From an uncultured Weeksellaceae bacterium (lineage in GTDB: Bacteria > Bacteroidota > Bacteroidia > Flavobacteriales > BACL11), in assembly GCA_964397025.1 (NCBI GenBank), contig CAYNGO010000004.1, positions 1-59,059 of the forward strand: a stretch of DNA of 59,059 bases, in the 5' to 3' direction. The notes beneath the pieces were generated by a model. It was not told the DNA's origin. It saw nothing but the letters and a program-made list of their open reading frames with translations, and searched no databases. A program made the translations under genes and the position numbers. Positions 39,334 through 49,811 of the stretch are shown here, piece by piece. Within the stretch, counting starts at the first letter, position 1. Every line of letters begins with the position of its first letter.

Positions 39334-41247
39334 CTATTTAGCAATTATAATTTTCTCTGTGTATTTTAAAATATTATTATTAAAATTTACAAAATAAATA
39401 CCATTGCTCATATCATTTAAATCAATATTTATTCTATTAACACCGTTTGATGGAATAATAGAGAATTCTTTTATTTTTGCACCTATAATATTAGTAATAG
39501 ATAGATTTATTTTGTTACTATTATTACTTAAGAATTCTAATGTAATTTTGTCATTAGCTGGATTTGGGTAAACTGCAAAATCTAGCTTAATATTATTTTC
39601 ATTAATACTTGTTGAGATTAAACTTAATTCAGTCGTATCAAGCTCTAAATATATAATTTCATTTAGATCTATTATATCTTCATCACCTCTAACTGCAAGT
39701 CCTGGTTCAAAATCTTTTTGATAAATTAATCTTATTTTATCATCTACATTTCTGTCCATTCTTGCAAAAACACATTCTTGCGCACCTGCCCACATATCAT
39801 GTGGAGTTACATCTTTAGGATTACTCCATGTTGTTCCTCCATCCATACTTTTAATAGCATGTACATGTCTATAGTTTTGAGATCCGTTATCAATATTTTC
39901 CATCATTGAAGAATATGAAACAAATATATTACCATTATTATCTATACCTGCGCTTGGCATGCAAGTTAATGAGGTGTAATATAGTGGGTAATCTACATAG
40001 TTAAGAACTCCATCTCCATCTAAATCCTGAGCTGAGGTAATCATTTGAGGAAGATTTGAGTACCAAAGTGATGGACTTGTAATAGGATTGTTTGCATAAT
40101 CATCTGCTCCCATATTTTCATTCCAATATATTAAACCATTTGTCGATGGGAAATAAGAAGATTGACCATCTGTTAGATCTGCATCTAAGACTCTCATATT
40201 TCCAAAGAAAATATGTGCTGTCCCATTATTGTCAAGAAGTACAGTTCCTGATCCATCAGTTGTATAAAGAGAATCCATTACTCCATCTCCATCAAGATCT
40301 AATCCATCATCAGCAGTATATTTATCAACTGGAAAGTCTAAGAAAACAGTACTTGTCCAAGTATTTCCATTATCTGTAGATTTTAAGAGTACAGAATCAT
40401 CCCATCCACCAAAGTAAACTACTACAACAGTTTCTCCTTGAGCAGCAATAGCGTAATCATCACCATTAAAACCAACATATTTACTTGTATCAAGTGTTGG
40501 AAGTTGTAAGTCTTTTGTATCCCATGTTACTCCACCATCCTGAGATCTATAATAAACTAGAGCACCATCTAAACCATTCCAAATAGTTCCTCCAAGACCT
40601 GATGGAGCAATAACTCCAACCATATGAATACTTTCACCATTACCACCTCCAGTTACTGCTCTATTCCATATAATGTCAGTATAAACTCCATTACTATCTT
40701 GTGATGAAATTATTTGCTCAGTCCAACTACCAGTTCCTTTTGTAGGTCTATGGGTCATTAATAGATATCCGTTGTCTGTGTTATGAGTTATTGATATTTC
40801 TTTTCCTGATCCTGTTGTAAGCATAGATGGCCATCCACCTCTTGAAGATTCAAGTCTTGCAGTAGGGCTTGAACCCCATGAAGAACCATCATAATAATTA
40901 TATCCAGTACCTCTATCAGTATATGCAGATGCATATTGAGCGCTCATTGTCCAGGCTGCAGATATTGTACCATCACTATGTCTTATTAATCTATTATCAA
41001 CAGAAGCGTTAGATTGAAGGTCATATGTTGTTGTTCCAATTAGAACTTCATCCATACTCATAGTTTTTGTAGCGATTGTATTTGGATTAGTATTAGTAAT
41101 TAAATTACTCAGAACTTCACTACCACTCACATTATATAAAGGAGCAATAGCACTAACCTGTCCATTTTGTATTTTAATCGGTGAATTTTGAGCAACAATA
41201 CTGCTACAAAAAATCATTATAGCTAGATATGTAAAAGTTTTTTTCAT
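39334..41247 (-). CDS. Secreted BNR-repeat beta-propeller protein with a T9SS C-terminal sorting domain
   Basis: Signal peptide. Three SxDxGxTW repeats (SQDGGVTW, STDNGNTW, SMDGGTTW). Two DLDGDGV Ca-binding-like motifs. C-terminal YPNPANDKITLEF...GIYFVNF...KIIIAK matches the Por/T9SS CTD pattern. Confidence 0.8.
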   Translation of the reverse strand: MKKTFTYLAIMIFCSSIVAQNSPIKIQNGQVSAIAPLYNVSGSEVLSNLITNTNPNTIATKTMSMDEVLIGTTTYDLQSNASVDNRLIRHSDGTISAAWTMSAQYASAYTDRGTGYNYYDGSSWGSSPTARLESSRGGWPSMLTTGSGKEISITHNTDNGYLLMTHRPTKGTGSWTEQIISSQDSNGVYTDIIWNRAVTGGGNGESIHMVGVIAPSGLGGTIWNGLDGALVYYRSQDGGVTWDTKDLQLPTLDTSKYVGFNGDDYAIAAQGETVVVVYFGGWDDSVLLKSTDNGNTWTSTVFLDFPVDKYTADDGLDLDGDGVMDSLYTTDGSGTVLLDNNGTAHIFFGNMRVLDADLTDGQSSYFPSTNGLIYWNENMGADDYANNPITSPSLWYSNLPQMITSAQDLDGDGVLNYVDYPLYYTSLTCMPSAGIDNNGNIFVSYSSMMENIDNGSQNYRHVHAIKSMDGGTTWSNPKDVTPHDMWAGAQECVFARMDRNVDDKIRLIYQKDFEPGLAVRGDEDIIDLNEIIYLELDTTELSLISTSINENNIKLDFAVYPNPANDKITLEFLSNNSNKINLSITNIIGAKIKEFSIIPSNGVNRINIDLNDMSNGIYFVNFNNNILKYTEKIIIAK

Positions 41248-41284
41248 AATATTTTTTTTTAGTTAAATATGTATTGTAATAATA

Positions 41285-43390
41285 CTAAAAAATTCTCTTA
41301 AATTTTAATCTTATAGAATTTCCTATTACTATAACATCTGAGAATGCCATAAATAGTGCTGCCCACATTGGATTTAAATAGCCACAACATGCAATCGGAA
41401 TAGCAATAATATTATATGAAAATGCCCAAAAAAGATTTTGTTTAATAGTTATAAGAGTATGCTTACCTATTTGAAGTGCTTTTGGTAATTGTTTAAGGTT
41501 ATTCTTGTTCAGAAGGATAATTTCTGAAGATTGAATAGCTATCTGGCTTGCATTACCTAAGGAGACACCAATAGTTGCTTTTGCTAATGCTGGAGCATCG
41601 TTAATTCCATCTCCAAGCATCATTGTTGCATTTTGATTATTAAGTTCTTCAATTTTTTCTAATTTACTTTTAGGTAACTGCTCTGAAAATAAATTATTAA
41701 AAGCTAATTCCTTATTAACTAGATGACATTTTTCTTTACTGTCTCCACTGATTAAAATTGTTGAATATCCGCTATTTTTTAAATCTTTAATAACTTGATG
41801 AGTGCCTGATTTTATTTCATCTACAAGATTAATTGTAGCAATTAAAATATTATTTTTTGTAATATAAACATCATGCTTTTTATATTTTTCACTACTAATA
41901 TTTCTACCTATAAAATATTGATTACCATCGAGATGAGCTGTAATACCTAATCCATTTTCTTCATTAATATTATAAATATCAATCTCCTCTGAATATTGGT
42001 CTAATTCTTTTATTAAAGATTTTGCAATTGGGTGAGATGAATATTTTTCTATATTATATACTATATTTTTAATCTCTTTTTCATCACCCTCAATAACATT
42101 AAAATTATTGATTTTAAAATCACCAGTTGTTATTGTCCCTGTTTTATCAAATGCTATATTTTTAATACTTGCCATCTTCTCTAAGGTCTGTCCACCTTTT
42201 ATCAAAATTCCATTTTTTGCTGCTCTTCCAATACCTACCATTATAGCTGTTGGAGTTGCTAATCCCATTGCACATGGACAAGAGATAACTAGAACAGCAA
42301 CTGCCCTTAAGAATGCATCAATACTTGAAATATTAAAAAAGAAGTTAGAAATGAAAAATGTACTAACAGATATGATTAATACTATGGGAACAAAAATAGA
42401 ACTTACTTTATCACCAAGCTTTTGTATTTCTGGTTGATCTTTTTGAGCGTTTTTTACAAGATCAATAATTTGAGATAATATTGTATTATTACCTACATTA
42501 ACTACCTCAATTTTAACATTTCCACTATTAATTATTGTACCTCCAATAACTTCTGAACTGATTTCTTTACTAGTTGGTAAACTCTCGCCAGTGATCATAG
42601 ATTCATCTACAGTACAGTTTCCCCAAATGATTTTTCCATCAATTGGAATTATATCTCCATTGTTGATTATTAAGATATCTCCCACATTTATATCCTTAAA
42701 TTTAATTTCAATGATTTTATCTCCAACAACTTTTTTTGCAATAACATTTTGTATCTCTGACAATTCTCTTAATGCTGTTGTTGTTTGTTTCACTGATCTG
42801 TGTTCAAGTACATTGCCTAATAAAACCAATGTAATTATTGTAGCTGATGTTTCAAAAAATAGATATTGCCCAACTATATCTGTACCATAAAACAACCACC
42901 ATCCGTAAATGCTATAGAAAAACGCTGCAGAGCTTCCGATGAATATTAAAACATCCATATTAGGAACACCAATTTTAAGTGATCCAAATGCGCTTTTCCC
43001 AAAATATATTATTCCAATTACATACACTGGAATACAAAGTGCAAGTTGAACTAATGGATTATATAATATGTTGCTTGAATCAAGAAACATATGACTAAAT
43101 AAAGGTATAGTGAAGAGTAATGATATAAAGAATAGTATTTCTACTCTTTCATATTTATTTTCTTTTTGATTTTCTTTTTTTACTTTATAGCCTATTTCTT
43201 CTATTAAAGAAATTATATTTTTTTTTGTATTTTTTTTGTTTATTGAACAACTAACTTCTGCGAGAGAAAAATTTACTGAAACTTTATCGATTTTATTCTT
43301 TTCAAGATGTTTTAAAATTCCAGTAGCACAGTTATTACAGGTCATCCCATCTACCTTTAATGTAATTACGTTGGATGCATTATTTTTCAT
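41285..43390 (-). CDS. copA: Heavy-metal (Cu+-type) translocating P1B-type ATPase
   Basis: HMA domain GMTCNNCATG, TM6 CPC motif (SCPCAMGLATP), DKTGTIT and GDGINDAP. Confidence 0.9.
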   Translation of the reverse strand: MKNNASNVITLKVDGMTCNNCATGILKHLEKNKIDKVSVNFSLAEVSCSINKKNTKKNIISLIEEIGYKVKKENQKENKYERVEILFFISLLFTIPLFSHMFLDSSNILYNPLVQLALCIPVYVIGIIYFGKSAFGSLKIGVPNMDVLIFIGSSAAFFYSIYGWWLFYGTDIVGQYLFFETSATIITLVLLGNVLEHRSVKQTTTALRELSEIQNVIAKKVVGDKIIEIKFKDINVGDILIINNGDIIPIDGKIIWGNCTVDESMITGESLPTSKEISSEVIGGTIINSGNVKIEVVNVGNNTILSQIIDLVKNAQKDQPEIQKLGDKVSSIFVPIVLIISVSTFFISNFFFNISSIDAFLRAVAVLVISCPCAMGLATPTAIMVGIGRAAKNGILIKGGQTLEKMASIKNIAFDKTGTITTGDFKINNFNVIEGDEKEIKNIVYNIEKYSSHPIAKSLIKELDQYSEEIDIYNINEENGLGITAHLDGNQYFIGRNISSEKYKKHDVYITKNNILIATINLVDEIKSGTHQVIKDLKNSGYSTILISGDSKEKCHLVNKELAFNNLFSEQLPKSKLEKIEELNNQNATMMLGDGINDAPALAKATIGVSLGNASQIAIQSSEIILLNKNNLKQLPKALQIGKHTLITIKQNLFWAFSYNIIAIPIACCGYLNPMWAALFMAFSDVIVIGNSIRLKFKRIF

Positions 43391-43394
43391 TAAA

Positions 43395-43402
43395 CAAATA
43401 TA
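43395..43402 (-). promoter_or_regulatory. -7 type promoter motif (TATATTTG on the minus strand), 4 nt upstream of the copA ATG
   Basis: The plus strand reads CAAATATA at 43395-43402. The start codon complement is at 43388-43390. Confidence 0.35.
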
Positions 43403-43434
43403 TATAAGTTATTTATGATTTATGAATATTAATA

Positions 43435-43442
43435 TATATTTG
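43435..43442 (+). promoter_or_regulatory. -7 type promoter motif TATATTTG for tRNA-His
   Basis: Perfect TAnnTTTG, 12 nt upstream of the tRNA 5' end. Confidence 0.45.
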
Positions 43443-43454
43443 CACTCGAAAAAT

Positions 43455-43529
43455 GGTGGTTGTAGCTCAGTTGGTTAGAGCACTGGTTTGTGGTGCCGGG
43501 GGTCGTGGGTTCGAATCCCATCAGTCACC
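43455..43529 (+). tRNA. tRNA-His (anticodon GTG) with genome-encoded G-1
   Basis: Cloverleaf folded by hand. Acceptor GTGGTTG/CAGTCAC with an extra 5' G pairing to C73. D-arm GCTC-AGTTGGTTA-GAGC. Anticodon loop TTGTGGT. T-arm GTGGG-TTCGAAT-CCCAT. The 3' CCA is not fully templated. Confidence 0.9.
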
Positions 43530-43535
43530 CATTTT

Positions 43536-43569
43536 AAAAAAAAGAGTTGATAAAATCAACTCTTTTTTT
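43536..43569. terminator. Bidirectional hairpin terminator after tRNA-His
   Basis: AGAGTTGA (43543-43550) / TCAACTCT (43556-43563), with an A-run and a T-run. It overlaps the stop of the convergent thioredoxin-like gene. Confidence 0.75.
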
Positions 43570-44059
43570 ATTTTATTCTATTTAGATTACGAAGTAACTG
43601 TGGCTTAGATTGAAATCCTGGAAATTGTCTTTGCTTTTCATGCTCTCCATTTAAAATTACAATTGTAGGCCAATAATGGTTATTATTTGTTGGTGCTACT
43701 AATTCAAAGAATAAGTTGTGTCTCCATGTAGATTTAGGATCTTCTTCTATAGAAACATCATTAATATACTTTTTTCCATTATAAATTATTGGTTTTTTGC
43801 TTTTACCGTTAATCATAACTGGAAAGAAGTTTTCATTTACTAAATTAATAACCTGAGGATCACTCAGTACTTCTTTTTTCATTCTCATACAGAAGTCACA
43901 GTTGTCTCTATAAAAATATAAAAGCATATTCTTATTGTATTTTTCTGAAAGCTTTTCAGCTTGGGCAAGAGAAATCCAATTTACTGAGACCATAGGAGCC
44001 CCTTGAGAAAATGTTAAATAAGGGGCAATACATAGTAAAAGAATAATAATTCTTTTCAT
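43568..44059 (-). CDS. Secreted thioredoxin-fold protein (CDFC motif)
   Basis: Signal peptide, then LLYFYRDNCDFCMRMKKEV, a thioredoxin-like CxxC context. Confidence 0.65.
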   Translation of the reverse strand: MKRIIILLLCIAPYLTFSQGAPMVSVNWISLAQAEKLSEKYNKNMLLYFYRDNCDFCMRMKKEVLSDPQVINLVNENFFPVMINGKSKKPIIYNGKKYINDVSIEEDPKSTWRHNLFFELVAPTNNNHYWPTIVILNGEHEKQRQFPGFQSKPQLLRNLNRIK

Positions 44060-44524
44060 CTATTTTTTTTCTAATATTTTTTCTGCACCTTTTATCCAAG
44101 CATTAGGACCTCCAGCAACATAACCTTGTGAGCCTAGTCTTTTAAAATTTACTTTTTGATCTACAATTTCTGGCATAACTAACCATCCAGTTGGATATCC
44201 TCTAACTGCAAACATCTGACGTAGATTGTCATTTTGTTTTGTTAAGGTTTCGTCTAATTTTTTTCTTCTAGGAAAATCTAGTTCTACAAGAACAATATTT
44301 TCTTTTGCCCACTTCACAAATTCAGGTTTGAAGAATACTTCTTTTTGTAATTTAATACACCAACCACACCAATCACTTCCAGTAAAAAAGAAAAATAAAG
44401 GTTTTTCGTTTTCCATAGAAATATTAATTGCTTTAGTAACATCTGTATGCCATACTAAATCACTTTCTTGGGAGTATAGATTTAGAGATAAAAATAGAAC
44501 TAGAATTGAGAATATATTTTTCAT
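44060..44524 (-). CDS. Secreted thioredoxin-fold protein (CGWC motif)
   Basis: Signal peptide, then LFFFFTGSDWCGWCIKLQKEVF and a GYPT cis-Pro loop. Confidence 0.7.
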   Translation of the reverse strand: MKNIFSILVLFLSLNLYSQESDLVWHTDVTKAINISMENEKPLFFFFTGSDWCGWCIKLQKEVFFKPEFVKWAKENIVLVELDFPRRKKLDETLTKQNDNLRQMFAVRGYPTGWLVMPEIVDQKVNFKRLGSQGYVAGGPNAWIKGAEKILEKK

Positions 44525-44548
44525 TTTGTAATTTTTAATTATTTAATT

Positions 44549-46147
44549 TTAGTGAAGGCCGTGCATTAGTTTTTTAATAAATGGTGATATTATGACAACG
44601 AAAATAGAAATAAATATTGTTACAAAACCAATTTGACCATAAATACTATTGTATTGTAAAAGTGTAGCTACTGCTTCGTTAGAAACATCAGGATTACCCA
44701 TAAACCAATTGGTTAAGTCAGATAACCAATTACTTTCTCCACTGCCTCCCGAGGTTGTAAGCTTAGCAATTTCACCAGAAATATAATGAGCGAAGGTTGA
44801 TGATAAAAACCAAACTCCCATCATAAATGCTGCAATTCTTTTTGGGGATAATTCTGTTACTTTTGAAAGTCCTATAGGAGATAAGAATAACTCACCTGTT
44901 GTTATTAAAAAGTATCCTAGGAAAACAAACATGAAAGGCACTTTGCCATTATCTCCAATAAAATGTGCAGTAGCTGCAAAGATTAGAAAACCTAATCCTA
45001 ATTGAAAAATACCTAGTGCAAATTTTATAGGTGTATTTGGGTTTTTATTCATAAAGCCAAGCTTAGTCCACATCCAACTAAATGGAATAGCCAGTAAAAC
45101 GATGTATGCAGGGTTAATTGCATTTGTTTGAGAAGCATTCATACCTACTAGATTTACACATTTGTCTACCCAAACTGTAATTGAACTTCCTGCTTGTTCA
45201 AAACATGCCCAAAAGATCGTACAAAAGACAGCTAGTATCATTAATGCAATTAATCTATCTCCACTTTGATGATCTTTTTTAATAACCTTATAATCAAAGA
45301 TGATGTAACCAACATAAGCTAATACTGCTAAGCCAACTATACTTAAGACGCTTCCTAGTACTTGAGATTCTTTGTCTAGAATTATTAAATAAGCAAATAC
45401 TGGAACTAATAAAAAACCTATTATATAAATTATATTGGTTATTGATATTCCTGATATTTTTTTATTTATATATTCAACAGGTTGTAGTCCCCGATCTCCT
45501 AATACATTTGCTTGTATACCCTGCCAAAATACTATTAAACCTGCTAGCATTCCAAGTCCCGCAGCACCAAATCCATAGTGCCATCCATATACCTCACCAA
45601 GGTAACCACAGAAAAGTGGAGCAATCATAGCACCTAGGTTAATTCCCATATAAAAAATAGTAAATCCTCCATCTCTTTTTATATCACCTTCTTCATACAA
45701 AGATCCAACTAATGTAGAGATATTAGGTTTGAAAAATCCATTACCCATTATTAATAATCCTAAGGCTCCATAAAAGAAAAATTCAGTTGGAAAAGCCATG
45801 AAAAAATGTCCTAAAGCCATTAGTATTCCACCAAAAAGAATAGACTTTCTATATCCAATATATTTATCAGCTAGATATCCACCTAAAAGAGGGGTTAGAT
45901 AAACAAGCGCTCCATATGCAGCATAAATGCCATATGCTATTTCTTCATTATTTTGAATGTCTTTATAGAAATCTTTAATCAGATAAAGTGTTAGAAGAGC
46001 TCTCATTCCATAAAATGAGAATCTTTCCCACATTTCAGCAAAAAATAAATAAAATAGAGCTTTTGGGTGACCTTTCTTATCTAGATAAGTTTTAGCAATA
46101 AATAATATTAATGCTGTAAATAGGAAGTAACCAATTAGCTGTATCAT
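44549..46147 (-). CDS. Proton-dependent oligopeptide transporter (POT/PTR2, DtpT-like)
   Basis: FAEMWERFSFYGMRALLTLYL (ExxERFxYY motif), GGYLADKYIG and FKPNISTLVG. Confidence 0.9.
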   Translation of the reverse strand: MIQLIGYFLFTALILFIAKTYLDKKGHPKALFYLFFAEMWERFSFYGMRALLTLYLIKDFYKDIQNNEEIAYGIYAAYGALVYLTPLLGGYLADKYIGYRKSILFGGILMALGHFFMAFPTEFFFYGALGLLIMGNGFFKPNISTLVGSLYEEGDIKRDGGFTIFYMGINLGAMIAPLFCGYLGEVYGWHYGFGAAGLGMLAGLIVFWQGIQANVLGDRGLQPVEYINKKISGISITNIIYIIGFLLVPVFAYLIILDKESQVLGSVLSIVGLAVLAYVGYIIFDYKVIKKDHQSGDRLIALMILAVFCTIFWACFEQAGSSITVWVDKCVNLVGMNASQTNAINPAYIVLLAIPFSWMWTKLGFMNKNPNTPIKFALGIFQLGLGFLIFAATAHFIGDNGKVPFMFVFLGYFLITTGELFLSPIGLSKVTELSPKRIAAFMMGVWFLSSTFAHYISGEIAKLTTSGGSGESNWLSDLTNWFMGNPDVSNEAVATLLQYNSIYGQIGFVTIFISIFVVIISPFIKKLMHGLH

Positions 46148-46196
46148 AATTTATAATTTGTTATTATTTGAATTGCCGAATTTAATAAAAAAAGAA

Positions 46197-48350
46197 TTAT
46201 AAATTATCAGTTATAAAATCTGTCATTTTTTTATATAAATGAAATCTAGTACTTCCGCCGTATATACTATGGTTTTTGTCTGGATAAATAAATAAATCAA
46301 ATTGTTTATTTGCTTTTACTAATGCAGAAGTCATTTCATATGTATTTTGAACATGAACATTGTCATCTGCTGATCCATGAATTAGAAGGTATTTACCTTT
46401 AAGCTTATCAACATGATAAATTGGTGAATTATCATCATATCCATTTGGATTTTCTTTAGGAGTTTGCATATATCTTTCAGTATATATATTGTCATAATAA
46501 CGCCAATTAGTAACTGGTGCTACAGCTATTGCTAGTTTAAAAAAATCAGCACCTTTAGTTATTGCTAAAGATGATAATTGTCCTCCATAACTCCATCCTT
46601 GAATACCAATTCTTTTACTATCAATATAATCTAACCTTCCAAAATATTTTGCAGCATCTATTTGATCAATTGTTTCATATTTACCAAGTTCTTTATATGT
46701 CATTTTTTTAAATTCAGCACCTTTACCACCTGTTCCTCTATTGTCCACGCATGCTACAACATATCCTTTTTGTGCTAACATCTGATACCAAAAGAAATTA
46801 TTTCCTCCATAATTATTTAAAACCCTCTGAGATCCAGGACCTCCATACAAAAACATAAATAATGGATATTTTTTGGTTTTATCAAAATTAGGAGGTTTAA
46901 TCACCCAAGCGTTAAGATCAGCATTTTCAGTGTAAATTGTAATAAATTCTTTTTCACTTAGATTATAATCCATCATATTTGTATTAAATAATTCATTATT
47001 TTCAATTACTTTAATTACAGTTCCATCTGATTTATGTAATGAATAAATAGGTGGTGTATTAGCATTTGAATATGAGTTAATATAATATTTTAATCCCTTA
47101 CTAAATTTCACTGAGTTTGTTCCAACTCTATTACTAAGTTTTTTTCTTTTACCAGTTTTTAAGTCTAGCACATATAATGCTCTATTAATAGATCCTTCTT
47201 CAGTTGATCTATAAAATATTTGCATATTATCACTATCTAATCCATCAAAAGATGTTACCTCCCATGAGCCTTTGGTTAATTGTTCCTCGCTACCGTCTAA
47301 TCCTTTTAAATAGATATGATTGTATCCATTTTTTTCAGATGTCCAAATAAAATAATTACTTGGAAGGAAACTGAGATTGTCATTAATGTTAATATAGTAT
47401 TTATCTTCTTCGCTAAATAATACTTTGTTAGTTCCATCTTTTGCATCAACTAAAATAAAATCAAGCTTATTCTGATGTCGATTTAGACCAATTATAGATA
47501 GAAAATTAGCATCACTTGTCCATTTAATTCTTGGAATATATTCGTAATCATTTTCAGTGTAAATAAGTGTTTTTGTATCCTCTTTTAAATTATATAAATA
47601 AATATTAACCGTTGAGTTATCTTCTCCCGCTTTTGGATATTTAAAAACTTCTTGAGTAGGATATAAGCCTCCATTAAATTTATCCATAGAGAATTCTTTA
47701 ACATGTGACTCATCAAATTTGTAAAATGCAATTGTTTTTCCATCTGCTGACCATGAAAATCCTTTTACTAATTTAAATTCCTCCTCATAAACCCAATCAC
47801 TTGCACCGTTTATAATATGATTTTTTTTACCATCTGATGTTACTTGTATTTCTTTGCCATCTTTTAAATTTTTAATAAAAAGATTATTTTCAAATACATA
47901 GGCGACTTTACTTCCATTTGGTGAAAAAGTAGCATATCTAATTTTATTCTCAGAAATTTTCTTTAGTTTATTATTATGAATATTAAAAACATAGTAAATA
48001 GCTCTTTTAGAATATCTATAAATTGACTCTGTTTCTGTTGTTAACAACATTAATTTATCATCATTACTGAAAGAATAGCTGTTAATTTTTTTTATATCAA
48101 AATCTGTACTTTTAAATAATGTTGTTACTTCTTTACCATTTTTAAATTGATATTTAATAATTTCTTGACCCTCATCAGATTTTTTTAGTTTAGTGTAAAA
48201 ATCACCATTATTCATAGACTTTAGTCCTCTGAAGTTTTTTGGGTAAAAGTTATAGTCTTGCCAAATATCTTTTAATGTTATTTCTTTAGATTGAGAAAAA
48301 AGAGATAATGATATTATACTTAATATTAAAGCTATAATTGTTTTATTCAT
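46197..48350 (-). CDS. Dipeptidyl-peptidase IV (S9B prolyl oligopeptidase family)
   Basis: Signal peptide and beta-propeller N-domain (DWVYEEEF). Catalytic Ser GWSYGG, Asp GSADDNVH and His DKNHSI. Confidence 0.9.
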   Translation of the reverse strand: MNKTIIALILSIISLSLFSQSKEITLKDIWQDYNFYPKNFRGLKSMNNGDFYTKLKKSDEGQEIIKYQFKNGKEVTTLFKSTDFDIKKINSYSFSNDDKLMLLTTETESIYRYSKRAIYYVFNIHNNKLKKISENKIRYATFSPNGSKVAYVFENNLFIKNLKDGKEIQVTSDGKKNHIINGASDWVYEEEFKLVKGFSWSADGKTIAFYKFDESHVKEFSMDKFNGGLYPTQEVFKYPKAGEDNSTVNIYLYNLKEDTKTLIYTENDYEYIPRIKWTSDANFLSIIGLNRHQNKLDFILVDAKDGTNKVLFSEEDKYYININDNLSFLPSNYFIWTSEKNGYNHIYLKGLDGSEEQLTKGSWEVTSFDGLDSDNMQIFYRSTEEGSINRALYVLDLKTGKRKKLSNRVGTNSVKFSKGLKYYINSYSNANTPPIYSLHKSDGTVIKVIENNELFNTNMMDYNLSEKEFITIYTENADLNAWVIKPPNFDKTKKYPLFMFLYGGPGSQRVLNNYGGNNFFWYQMLAQKGYVVACVDNRGTGGKGAEFKKMTYKELGKYETIDQIDAAKYFGRLDYIDSKRIGIQGWSYGGQLSSLAITKGADFFKLAIAVAPVTNWRYYDNIYTERYMQTPKENPNGYDDNSPIYHVDKLKGKYLLIHGSADDNVHVQNTYEMTSALVKANKQFDLFIYPDKNHSIYGGSTRFHLYKKMTDFITDNL

Positions 48351-48386
48351 TTAAAAGATAATTAGTTTCTTAGTTGCGAATTTACT

Positions 48387-48394
48387 TAAATTTG
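48387..48394 (+). promoter_or_regulatory. -7 type promoter motif TAAATTTG for the FAD-oxidase gene
   Basis: Perfect TAnnTTTG, 13 nt upstream of ATG 48408. Confidence 0.4.
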
Positions 48395-48407
48395 TATAAA
48401 ATAATTA

Positions 48408-49811
48408 ATGATGAGTTATTCAGATATTAGCAAAGATGATATTCTTTTTTTTAAGGAATTGCTGGGTGATAATTATATCTTTACTGATAAACAATCTATA
48501 TTCGATTACTCTCATGATGAAACTGAAGATTTAAAGTTTCCTCCAAATATTGTTCTTAAACCTTTACTAACTGAACAGGTGTCTTCTATATTAGAATATT
48601 GTAATAAAAATAATATTGCAGTTACTCCTTGTGGGGCTAGAACAGGCTTAAGTGGAGGTTCATTGCCTATTATGGGAGGGGTAGCTTTAAGTTTAGAGTT
48701 TTTTAATAAAATTATTGAGATTGACGAAAGAAATCTACAAGCAACTGTAGAGCCTGGAGTCATAAATCAAGTTTTTAGAGATGAAGTAGAGAAAAAAAAT
48801 CTTTTTTATCCGCCGGATCCAGCTAGTAAAGGTAGTTCTTTTTTAGGTGGAAATATAGCTGTAAACTCTGGTGGTCCTAAAGCGTTAAAGTATGGTGTTA
48901 CTAAAGATTATGTCCTAAATCTTGAAGTCGTTTTACCTACTGGTGAAATTATTTGGACTGGTGCTAATGTTCTTAAGAATTCTACAGGCTATGATCTTAC
49001 ATCATTAATGATAGGTAGTGAAGGTACTTTAGGTATAATTACTAAAATTGTTTTTCGTTTAATTCCTTTACCACAAAAAGATATATCAATTTTAGTTCCT
49101 TTTAATTCTGCTGTAAAAGCTTGTGAAGCTGTTTCTGCTGTCTTTTCAGCTGGAATAACTCCCTCAGCATTAGAATTTATTGAAAGAGATGCTATTGATT
49201 GGACTCTTAAGTATACAGATATTAAAATGGATATTGATTCTAAAGTACAAGCTCATTTACTTATAGAGGTAGACGGAAATAATTTAGATATTTTATTTGA
49301 TGAATGTGAAAAGATTTCTAATATAATGTATGAATATGAATCTGGAGAAATTTTACTAGCAGACAGTAAAGATCAAAAAGATAGGTTATGGAAAATGCGA
49401 AGAGCAGTAGGAGAGGCGGTAAAGTCAAATTCCATATATAAAGAAGAAGATACTGTTGTGCCAAGAGCCGAATTGCCATTGTTATTAAGTGGGGTCAAAG
49501 AAATTGGTAAAAATTATGGATTTAAATCGGTTTGTTATGGACATGCTGGAGATGGTAATTTACATATAAATATTATAAAAGGAAATATGTCAGATCATCA
49601 TTGGGATAATAAACTTTCTAAAGGTATAAGAGAAATATTTGAGTTAACAAAGAAACTTGGAGGAACTATAAGTGGAGAGCATGGAATTGGTTATGTACAG
49701 AAACAATATTTAGATATTGTATTTTCTGAAAAAGAAATAGCATTGCAAAAAGGTCTTAAAAATTTATTTGACCCAAAAAATATTCTTAATCCAGGAAAGA
49801 TTTTTCTTTAG
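48408..49811 (+). CDS. FAD-linked oxidoreductase (GlcD / D-lactate dehydrogenase family)
   Basis: FAD_binding_4 motifs (PCGARTGLSGGSLP, GYDLTSLMIGSEGTLGIIT) and C-terminal GTISGEHGIG...LFDPKNILNPGK. Confidence 0.85.
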   Translation: MMSYSDISKDDILFFKELLGDNYIFTDKQSIFDYSHDETEDLKFPPNIVLKPLLTEQVSSILEYCNKNNIAVTPCGARTGLSGGSLPIMGGVALSLEFFNKIIEIDERNLQATVEPGVINQVFRDEVEKKNLFYPPDPASKGSSFLGGNIAVNSGGPKALKYGVTKDYVLNLEVVLPTGEIIWTGANVLKNSTGYDLTSLMIGSEGTLGIITKIVFRLIPLPQKDISILVPFNSAVKACEAVSAVFSAGITPSALEFIERDAIDWTLKYTDIKMDIDSKVQAHLLIEVDGNNLDILFDECEKISNIMYEYESGEILLADSKDQKDRLWKMRRAVGEAVKSNSIYKEEDTVVPRAELPLLLSGVKEIGKNYGFKSVCYGHAGDGNLHINIIKGNMSDHHWDNKLSKGIREIFELTKKLGGTISGEHGIGYVQKQYLDIVFSEKEIALQKGLKNLFDPKNILNPGKIFL

